A stretch of DNA of 49,347 bases from Terriglobales bacterium (lineage in GTDB: Bacteria; Acidobacteriota; Terriglobia; Terriglobales; Acidobacteriaceae). The notes under the pieces are model-generated. The model did not search any database, was not told the DNA's origin, and saw only the letters and a program-made list of their open reading frames with translations. Shown one piece after another: positions 8,035 to 14,911 of this stretch (position 1 is its first letter; each line of letters starts with the position of its first letter). Position numbers and translations under genes: made by a program. The stretch is taken from assembly GCA_035542595.1 (NCBI GenBank), contig DATKLD010000269.1:1-49347 (forward strand), in the 5' to 3' direction.

Positions 8035-8304
8035 TCAGTGCTTGTCGTGGTCGCGGTCGTGATCGTGATCGCGGTCGTGATGGTCGTGCCGCCAGGCCCA
8101 GTGCTCCTTCTGCTCCTCGAGCTTGCGCTCGCGCCACTCGCGATGCTCTCTGTGGCCTTCCGCTTCCCAGCGGCAGTAATAGTCATCCTCGGCGTGCCCC
8201 CCAGCGATGATAGTCGCTGTAGTAGGGTCGTAGAGACGGCTGTACCGGCAGCGGCAAGGCCAGCGCAGAGGCCAGCAGGGAGAAGTCAGGTATCCATGTC
8301 GCAT
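8035..8304 (-). CDS. small His/Asp/Arg-rich protein (uncertain; possible frame problem at a G6 run)
   Basis: ATG at 8302-8304. The C-terminal half reads GHREHREWRERKLEEQKEHWAWRHDHHDRDHDHDRDHDKH. The N-terminal half looks poorly protein-like, while an alternative frame reads like a signal peptide. Confidence 0.35.
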   Translation of the reverse strand: MRHGYLTSPCWPLRWPCRCRYSRLYDPTTATIIAGGHAEDDYYCRWEAEGHREHREWRERKLEEQKEHWAWRHDHHDRDHDHDRDHDKH

Positions 8305-8645
8305 TCGTTTGCTCTTTCGTGTGTCTCCAGTGACTGGAGCCTGCGACGTGATGCCCGAGCCGCGTTTCCTGCAGGCTGGAGGAAAGCCGGGTGGGGTTAA
8401 CTGACTTGTCAAGCTATGGCTATCGGATCGGTTACCCACCGAGGTTGTGCTGTGCTTCGCGCGCACCCGGCCGTGCCGCCTTCGTTCTCACTGGTCACTA
8501 ACGATTTGTTTAAGTAAAACACCAACGTGTTTACATGTCTATTAGTTTCAATGTATTACATGGACACAAATATTACTTGACTAGTAATAAATATTGCGTC
8601 ACCCTAGTGCTGCCTGACATCTAAGGAATGGTTGGGGAGGAAGTG

Positions 8646-9335
8646 ATGAGAGGACAGGAGTTCAGAGTGGCGCGCAAGCAGCGGGGCTGGACGCAGATGA
8701 AAACGGCACAGCGTCTAGGTATCTCGCAGCCGTATCTGGCTCTTGTGGAAAATGGCAAACGGGAACTTGGACCCAAGCTGACTGAGAAAGCAGTGAAGGT
8801 ATTGAAGCTGCGGCCCACCGTTCTGCCACTTCGAGAGAAGACACCGGGGAAAGTTAATCCTCAGAGTCTGGCTCGGCAGTTTGCGTCTCTCGGATACCCC
8901 GGCTTTGCTTACCTACGTGCAACACGAAAGAGAAATCCGGCTGAGGTGCTGCTAACAGCTTTAGCTCAGAATGACCTAGAGTCCAGACTGACCGAGGCTT
9001 TGCCGTGGCTGCTCCTGCACTATGCCGATATGAGCCCAGAGTGGCTAGTGGAGCAGGCGAGACTTCACAATCTCTCCAACCGACTGGGATTTGTGGTAAC
9101 ACTGGCAAAGGGGGCCGCCGCCAGGAGGGGCGATACGACCTCAATGCGCCACCAAGCCCTGGATCGGTTAGAAGCGCAGTTGCGTGAGAGCCGTCTGGAT
9201 AAGGAGGACACGCTTTGCCAATCCACTCTGTCTCAGCGCGAGCGAGAGTGGTTGAAAGAGACACGGCCTGCAGAAGCCGCATATTGGCACCTTCTCACTG
9301 ATTGGCGCCCTGAGCACTTGCAGTATGCCTTTTAA
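8646..9335 (+). CDS. XRE-family helix-turn-helix protein with an unassigned ~170-aa C-terminal domain
   Basis: FRVARKQRGWTQMKTAQRLGISQPYLALVENGKR is a canonical XRE HTH. SD GGAGG (8636-8640) lies 5 nt before ATG 8646. The ORF track starts 18 nt earlier, at 8628. Confidence 0.75.
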   Translation: MRGQEFRVARKQRGWTQMKTAQRLGISQPYLALVENGKRELGPKLTEKAVKVLKLRPTVLPLREKTPGKVNPQSLARQFASLGYPGFAYLRATRKRNPAEVLLTALAQNDLESRLTEALPWLLLHYADMSPEWLVEQARLHNLSNRLGFVVTLAKGAAARRGDTTSMRHQALDRLEAQLRESRLDKEDTLCQSTLSQREREWLKETRPAEAAYWHLLTDWRPEHLQYAF

Positions 9336-9867
9336 GCCGGAGCTGCCCGCACCGTGGCCCGCATTCCTGTCCGACCTCGATGAGAGCCTCTCAGAGCCAG
9401 TGGAACTCCACTGCGTGGGAGGCTTTGTCCTGACTGTTGTCTACGGAGTTCCCCGCTCAACCGCCGATCTCGACTACATCACGGCAATACCAGGCAGCGC
9501 CTTCAACGAAGTAGAACGTCTCGCAGGGCGAAATTCGAAACTTGCACATAAGTACAAAGTCTACGTCCAGCCAGCGGGCGGCGTGACTGATTTGCCAGAC
9601 AACTATGACACACGGCTTGTTGATCTGAACCTGGGATTTCGGAGCCTGATTTTGAAAGTTCTTGAACCTTACGACTTGGTACTCTCGAAGCTCACAAGAA
9701 ATAGCCCTAAGGATCGTGAGGATGTGAAATATCTCGCGACCAAACTCACGCTCAGCTTCCGGACGACCTTCGAACGATTTGCAACCGAGATGAAGCATTG
9801 GATCGCTAATCCTGATCGGCATGAACTCACTCTCACCAGGGTCTGGCAGGAATACTTCGCGGAATAG
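9325..9867 (+). CDS. minimal nucleotidyltransferase-fold protein (DUF6036/AbiEii/MNT-like)
   Basis: HCVGGFVLTVVYGVPRSTADLDYI fits the hGG-x(n)-D-x-D NTase signature. The ATG overlaps the upstream HTH gene by 11 nt. Confidence 0.6.
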   Translation: MPFKPELPAPWPAFLSDLDESLSEPVELHCVGGFVLTVVYGVPRSTADLDYITAIPGSAFNEVERLAGRNSKLAHKYKVYVQPAGGVTDLPDNYDTRLVDLNLGFRSLILKVLEPYDLVLSKLTRNSPKDREDVKYLATKLTLSFRTTFERFATEMKHWIANPDRHELTLTRVWQEYFAE

Positions 9868-10247
9868 AAACTGCGAGAAGGGTGTGACTCGTCGCGGGCC
9901 GTCGCTACCCATCACCTCTGTTAGAGCACTACAATGCGCGGGATGCGCCCTGGTGTAGGGCTGCGCAAGTGCATGAGAGCTTGGTCGCGCTTTCGTTCGG
10001 AATGACGACATAAAGGGAGTCCACACGGCACGGCCGAAGCCGCGTCCTTCAAATCTCTGTGTCCTCAATGTCTCGGACTGCCGCATCGAATCAAATTGGC
10101 TTCTGATCGGAGGGCGACGACTTATACTTGACCCGCACCGGAACGCATTCTGATTTGTTCTACGGATCGTTCAGTCTCGGCTTCGTTGGGCGGAATCGAG
10201 GCGCCTACCCCGCGCATCGTATAATCCAAGATTCGCTGATCGTCATT

Positions 10248-11108
10248 GTGGGGTGCCATTTGAGTTCTCATGCACACGCAGGTTTTGGACAGCCGGCTGG
10301 ACCGCAGCCTCTGCCTGGAGTGAAGACCATCGTTGCCATCGGGTCGGGCAAGGGAGGGGTGGGCAAGACCACCATTGCGGTCAATCTGGCGCTGGCGCTC
10401 GCCCGGCTGGGACACCGCACCGGCCTGCTCGACGCCGACGTGTACGGTCCCAACGTTCCGCTGATGCTGGGCACGAGCACCACGCCGCGCGTAGTGGGCG
10501 AGAACCGCATCGAGCCGCTGGACGTTTTCGGCATCAAAGTGCTCTCGGTCGGGTTGCTCAACCCCGGCGACAAGCCCCTGGTATGGCGCGGGCCGATGCT
10601 GCACTCCATCATCCGCCAGTTCCTGCAGCAGGTAGAGTGGGGCGAGTTGGATTACCTGGTGGTAGACCTGCCGCCCGGGACCGGCGACGTGGCCATTTCG
10701 CTGATCCAGACGGTACCGCTGACGGGCGCGATCGTGGTCTCGACGCCGTCGGACGTTTCCCTGCAGGACGCGCGCAAGGCCATCGAGATGTTTCGTCAGG
10801 TGAAGGTCGACATCGCCGGCATTGTAGAGAACATGAGCTTCTTCACCTGTCCGCATTGCGGCAAGGAGATCGACATCTTCTCGACCGGCGGCGTGGAACG
10901 CACCGCCAAGCAGTTTGGCATCCCGTACCTGGGCGCGGTTGAGCTCGATCCCGAGATCCGCAAGGGCGGCGACAGCGGACACCCGGTCGCGCTCGCCGGC
11001 GAGAATTATCCCCACGCCAAATCCTTCTATCAGTTCGCCCGCCGGGTGATCGCGGGTCTCGAAGACCTGCGTAGCCGAGTCGCAGAACCGGTTATCAGAA
11101 TCCAATAG
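10248..11108 (+). CDS. mrp: Mrp/NBP35 (ApbC) family Fe-S cluster carrier ATPase
   Basis: Deviant Walker A GSGKGGVGKTT, DLPPGTGD, and the CPHCGK CxxC motif. The start is uncertain: GTG 10248 or TTG 10260. The ORF-track start at 10128 adds an implausible N-terminus. Confidence 0.85.
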   Translation: MGCHLSSHAHAGFGQPAGPQPLPGVKTIVAIGSGKGGVGKTTIAVNLALALARLGHRTGLLDADVYGPNVPLMLGTSTTPRVVGENRIEPLDVFGIKVLSVGLLNPGDKPLVWRGPMLHSIIRQFLQQVEWGELDYLVVDLPPGTGDVAISLIQTVPLTGAIVVSTPSDVSLQDARKAIEMFRQVKVDIAGIVENMSFFTCPHCGKEIDIFSTGGVERTAKQFGIPYLGAVELDPEIRKGGDSGHPVALAGENYPHAKSFYQFARRVIAGLEDLRSRVAEPVIRIQ

Positions 11109-11125
11109 AGGAGGGTTGGCCGGCT

Positions 11126-11152
11126 TTGGCAGTCCGAGGGCCGGAGTGCCAA
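11126..11152 (+). promoter_or_regulatory. CIRCE-like inverted repeat (putative HrcA operator)
   Basis: TTGGCAGTC-N9-GAGTGCCAA against the consensus TTAGCACTC-N9-GAGTGCTAA. The A-to-G and T-to-C changes are symmetric. Confidence 0.5.
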
Positions 11153-11154
11153 TC

Positions 11155-11183
11155 TTGACAGCCAGCGAATCAAATCCTAAAAT
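11155..11183 (+). promoter_or_regulatory. sigma-70-type promoter of the hrcA-grpE-dnaJ operon
   Basis: TTGACA (11155-11160), a 17-nt spacer, then TAAAAT (11178-11183), about 80 nt upstream of the hrcA ATG. Confidence 0.5.
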
Positions 11184-11264
11184 TAAACTCAACGGAAAGC
11201 TGCATCGCACGGATATAAGTAGCTGTTTTTACAAAGGATTAGCAGCTTTGTCGGCAGGGCACAA

Positions 11265-12308
11265 ATGGCGCAGGTGGGGCCAGCGGGAAAGCGCGAACGC
11301 GAGATTCTGACGGCCATCGTGGAGACGTTTATCGCCACGGGGGAGCCGGTCGGGTCGCGGACGCTTTCGCGCGCCAATAAAGAAGGACTGAGCCCAGCCA
11401 GTATTCGCAACGTTATGGCCGACCTGGCCGAGGCCGGGTTTCTCGAGCAGCCGCACACCTCGGCGGGCCGGGTACCCTCGGCGCAGGCCTATCGTTATTA
11501 CGTCGAGCAACTGACCGGGCACGCGCACATCTCCCACGAGGATGAGGGCACGATCCAGCAGTACTTCCACGGAATCAGCGATGTGCAGGAGTTCATGGAG
11601 CGCACCTCGCATGTGCTCTCGCTGCTTTCGAGCGGCGTGGGCGTGGCGGTTGCGGCCACGGGCCCGCGCAATGCGCTCGACCATGTGTACTTCTCGCGCC
11701 TCGCCGCGAACAAGGTGCTGGCGGTGGTGGTCGCCAAGTCGGGACTGGTGCGCGACCGCGCGCTGCGCACGTCGCGCGATTTTTCGCAGACGGAGCTGGA
11801 CACCGCGTCGCGCTACATCAACGAGAACTTCCGGGGATGGACCATTGACGCGGTGCGGGCGGAGATCGACCGCCGATTGCAGAGCGAGCGCAGCGAGTAC
11901 GACCGGATGATGGAGTCCATCGAGGAACTTTACCGCAGCGGCGCGCTCGCCCCGGAGCCGGCAGCGCAGACCGTGTTCGTGGAAGGCGCGGCCAATCTGG
12001 TGGCGAGCGAGGAAGACAAGGAGCGCTTGCGCGAGCTGCTGCATCTGCTGGAAGAGAAGCAGCGAGTGGTCGAACTGCTCTCCGCTTACCTCGATGCCCG
12101 GCAGGAAGCGGTGCGGGTCGTGATCGGCCTGGAAGACGCAGTGCCGCAGATGCGCAACTTCGTGCTCATCGGCGCTCCGGCGCACGTGGGCGATGAGGTG
12201 GTGGGGTCGCTGGCGGTGATCGGACCGACGCGTATGGACTACGAGCACAGCATTACGGCTGTATCCTACATCGCGCGGCTTTTCGACAAGATTTTGAACG
12301 AGGAATAG
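11265..12308 (+). CDS. hrcA: heat-inducible transcription repressor HrcA
   Basis: N-terminal winged helix REILTAIVETFIATGEPVGSRTL...SPASIRNVMADLAEAGFLEQPHTSAGRVPS. It is followed by grpE and dnaJ. Confidence 0.9.
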   Translation: MAQVGPAGKREREILTAIVETFIATGEPVGSRTLSRANKEGLSPASIRNVMADLAEAGFLEQPHTSAGRVPSAQAYRYYVEQLTGHAHISHEDEGTIQQYFHGISDVQEFMERTSHVLSLLSSGVGVAVAATGPRNALDHVYFSRLAANKVLAVVVAKSGLVRDRALRTSRDFSQTELDTASRYINENFRGWTIDAVRAEIDRRLQSERSEYDRMMESIEELYRSGALAPEPAAQTVFVEGAANLVASEEDKERLRELLHLLEEKQRVVELLSAYLDARQEAVRVVIGLEDAVPQMRNFVLIGAPAHVGDEVVGSLAVIGPTRMDYEHSITAVSYIARLFDKILNEE

Positions 12309-12313
12309 CAGTT

Positions 12314-12883
12314 ATGGCAAAAGGGAACGGCAAGAGCGAAGTTCAGAACCTGGACGCGGACCACGAGTTGCCCGCGGCCGAGGAAGACGGCTTCGAGGAG
12401 AAAACGGCGGAGCAGCCTGTGGCGGTGGGCGTCGAGGATGAACTCAAAACGCTGCGCGCGGAGCGCGACGTGCTCTACGACCGGCTGGCGCGTCTGCAGG
12501 CGGAATTCGACAACGCGCGCAAGCGCGCCGCCCGCGAGCAGACGGAGTTTCGCGAGTACGCGGTGGCCGACGCGATCAAGGCGCTGCTGCCGATCGTCGA
12601 CAGCTTCGATCGCGCCCTCCAGGCCCACGCCGGGGAAGAGAACTTCCGCGGCATCGAACTCATCAATCGCCAGTTCCACGATGCGCTGGCAAAATTGGGC
12701 GTGCGTCCTATCCCCGCGGCGGGTGAGCCTTTCGATCCCTACCTGCACCAGGCGGTCGAGATGGTGGACACCGCGGACGTCCCGGACCACACGGTGCTGG
12801 AAGAACTGCAACGCGGCTACAAGTTCAAGGACCGCCTGTTGCGTCCGGCGATGGTGCGGGTGGCGCGCAATCCCAACATTTAA
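12314..12883 (+). CDS. grpE: nucleotide exchange factor GrpE
   Basis: Coiled-coil LRAERDVLYDRLARLQAEFDNARKR followed by the C-terminal beta domain FDPYLHQAV...GYKFKDRLLRPAMV. Confidence 0.9.
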   Translation: MAKGNGKSEVQNLDADHELPAAEEDGFEEKTAEQPVAVGVEDELKTLRAERDVLYDRLARLQAEFDNARKRAAREQTEFREYAVADAIKALLPIVDSFDRALQAHAGEENFRGIELINRQFHDALAKLGVRPIPAAGEPFDPYLHQAVEMVDTADVPDHTVLEELQRGYKFKDRLLRPAMVRVARNPNI

Positions 12884-12895
12884 ACGGAACCGACT

Positions 12896-14029
12896 CTGGC
12901 CACCAACGCAAAACGCGATTATTACGACGTGCTGGGCGTCACCCGCGAAGCCAGCGAGCAGGAGATCAAGAGCGCGTATCGCAAGCTGGCCATGCAGCAC
13001 CATCCGGACCGCAATCCCGGCAATCCTGCCGCGGAGGAGCGTTTCAAGGAGGCCAGCGAGGCCTACACGGTGCTGGCCGACGCGCAGAAGCGTGCGCAGT
13101 ACGACCGCTTCGGACACGCAGGCCTGAGCGGCGGCGGCGGCGGGTTCGGCTTCGATGCCGACGTCATGTTCCGCGACTTCGGGGACATCTTCGGCGACTT
13201 CTTCGGCTTTGGCGACATCTTCGGCGCGGGCGGCGGACGCCGCCGCAGCCGGGCGCAGCGCGGCGCTGATCTGCGGGCGGACCTGAACCTGGAATTCGAG
13301 GAAGCCGTTTTCGGCGCCAAAGGCACGGTCAAGTACCGGCGGCAGGAAGCCTGCGAAGAATGCCGCGGGACAGGCGCGGCGGCGGGGAAGTCTCCGAACA
13401 CGTGCTCCACCTGCGCCGGGCGCGGGCAGGTGCGTTATCAGCAGGGGTTCTTCAGCGTCTCGCGGACGTGCCCGGCCTGCCACGGCGCCGGTACCCTGAT
13501 CACCGATCCATGCCTGCGCTGCAAAGGGCAGGGCTTTGTCGCCCGCGAACGCGTGCAGGAAGTCAAAGTCCCGGCGGGCGTGGAGGACGGCACCCGCATC
13601 CGCTACTCCGAACTCGGCGACGCCGGAGTGCACGGCGGTTCGCCCGGCGATCTCTACGTCGTCCTGCACGTGAAGGAGCACCCGTTCTTCCTGCGCGAGG
13701 GCAAGGACCTCTACTGCGTGCTGCCCATCTCGTTTCCGCAGGCGGCGCTGGGCGCGGAAGTAAGAGTGCCGACGCTCGACGGCGAACACCTGCTCAAAAT
13801 CCCCGAAGGCACGCAGTCGGGCAAGGAATTCCGCATCCGCGGCAAGGGCGTGCCGGTGCTGAACGGGCACGGCAAAGGCGACCTGATCGTGCGCGTGGTG
13901 GTACAGACTCCCACCCGCCTCACCAAGCGCGAACGCGAACTCTTGGCCGAACTCGATGCCATCACCCGCGTCGATAACAAGCTCGAGCGTCCCAGCCTGC
14001 TCAGCAAGGTCAAGGATATTTTTGGGTAG
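12896..14029 (+). CDS. dnaJ: molecular chaperone DnaJ (start codon uncertain; CTG 12896 proposed)
   Basis: J domain KRDYYDVLGV...HHPDRN, a G/F-rich region, and four CxxCxGxG zinc motifs (CEECRGTG, CSTCAGRG, CPACHGAG, CLRCKGQG). The first GTG (12929) falls inside helix I. Confidence 0.9.
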   Translation: MATNAKRDYYDVLGVTREASEQEIKSAYRKLAMQHHPDRNPGNPAAEERFKEASEAYTVLADAQKRAQYDRFGHAGLSGGGGGFGFDADVMFRDFGDIFGDFFGFGDIFGAGGGRRRSRAQRGADLRADLNLEFEEAVFGAKGTVKYRRQEACEECRGTGAAAGKSPNTCSTCAGRGQVRYQQGFFSVSRTCPACHGAGTLITDPCLRCKGQGFVARERVQEVKVPAGVEDGTRIRYSELGDAGVHGGSPGDLYVVLHVKEHPFFLREGKDLYCVLPISFPQAALGAEVRVPTLDGEHLLKIPEGTQSGKEFRIRGKGVPVLNGHGKGDLIVRVVVQTPTRLTKRERELLAELDAITRVDNKLERPSLLSKVKDIFG

Positions 14030-14030
14030 G

Positions 14031-14113
14031 AGGCAGGAGGCAGGACGCAGCAAGCAGGCTGCAGGGAAGCGTGTTTTTCCTGCTTTCTGCCGCCTGCCTC
14101 CTGCCGCCTGGAT
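14031..14113 (+). repeat. 7-nt periodic palindrome filling the dnaJ-rsmE spacer (element B)
   Basis: Left arm is aggcagg aggcagg acgcagc aagcagg ctgcagg. Right arm is cctgctt tctgccg cctgcct cctgccg cctggat. Unit pairs L2/R3 and L4/R1 are perfectly complementary. Confidence 0.75.
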
Positions 14114-14116
14114 CCC

Positions 14117-14824
14117 ATGACGCGCCGCCGCTGGATTGCCGACGAGGTTTCGGGTAGCCGTGCGGCCCTGGTCGGCGCCAATGCCGAGCACTTGGCGCGC
14201 GTGCTGCGTGCCCGCATCGGACAGGAGTTCGATATCGCCGCCGAGGGTCGCGTGCGGCGCGGGCGCATCGTTTCGATCACACCTGAGAAAGTCGAATTTG
14301 AGCTGGGCGAAGAACTGGCGGCGGCCGCGCTTCCTGAGATCGCGCTGGTCCTGGCGGTCTTCAAATTCGATCGCATGGAGTGGGGGATCGAGAAGGCGAT
14401 CGAGCTCGGGGTCGCCCGCCTGTTGCCGCTGGTCGCCAAGCGGACGGATTCGCACCTTGCCTCGGCGGCAGTGAAGCGCGTCGAGCGCTGGCGGCGCATT
14501 GCCCGCGAAGCGGCGCAGCAGTCGCGGCGCGTGACGCCGCCAGAGATCGTCGCTCCGGTGCGGTTGCGGGAGATCCTCGATTTTGCGGCAGATCGCCGCA
14601 TTGTTCTCTCGGAAGGCGAAGATCAGGTCTTGCTGAGGCAGGCGGTCGCCGGCTCGCGGGGGACGCTGGCACTCGCAATCGGTCCCGAGGGCGGTTGGAC
14701 TAGCGACGAAGAGCGCGCCTTTCGCGAGCACGGCTGGATCGCCGCCTCGCTCGGACCCACCATTCTGCGCGCCGAGACTGCGGCCATAGCCGCAATCAGC
14801 ATAGTTTTGGCCGAGCTCCGGTAA
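14117..14824 (+). CDS. rsmE: 16S rRNA (uracil1498-N3)-methyltransferase RsmE
   Basis: N-terminal PUA-like region (RRWIADEV...HLARVLR) and the C-terminal SPOUT motif IGPEGGWTSDEE. Confidence 0.85.
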   Translation: MTRRRWIADEVSGSRAALVGANAEHLARVLRARIGQEFDIAAEGRVRRGRIVSITPEKVEFELGEELAAAALPEIALVLAVFKFDRMEWGIEKAIELGVARLLPLVAKRTDSHLASAAVKRVERWRRIAREAAQQSRRVTPPEIVAPVRLREILDFAADRRIVLSEGEDQVLLRQAVAGSRGTLALAIGPEGGWTSDEERAFREHGWIAASLGPTILRAETAAIAAISIVLAELR

Positions 14825-14911
14825 GACGAAGATTGGCGGAGCCGGCTGGCTTACAATTCGAGTTTTCGCTTCCCAGGTTTCAAAAGCGTCCATCAGTTTG
14901 GAGCGGCGATC

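Larger units (their letters stand above)
8468..10036. other. low-GC islet bounded by an 11-bp inverted repeat; candidate horizontally acquired cassette
   Basis: CGGCCGTGCCG at 8468-8478 and its reverse complement at 10026-10036. Hand-counted G+C is about 33% over 8501-8620 and about 49% over 9541-9660, against about 67% over 8041-8100. Confidence 0.4.

Noticed and set aside
9957-10086. A possible remnant gene or REP-like element at the right edge of the low-GC islet (minus-strand pseudo-peptide FEGRGFGRAV...SFRTKA)
   Set aside because: It only vaguely resembles the repeat-derived pseudo-peptides seen elsewhere. There is no second copy in this window, so I cannot support it beyond noting the 11-bp inverted repeat already reported.
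11239-11265. A second CIRCE-like half-site, TTAGCAGCT, just before the hrcA ATG
   Set aside because: The right half (GGGCACAAA) does not resemble GAGTGCTAA and is not complementary to the left half.
10122-12248. Long minus-strand ORFs 10122-11210 and 11229-12248
   Set aside because: They are antisense to mrp and hrcA and have junk-like Arg/His/Gly-rich composition.
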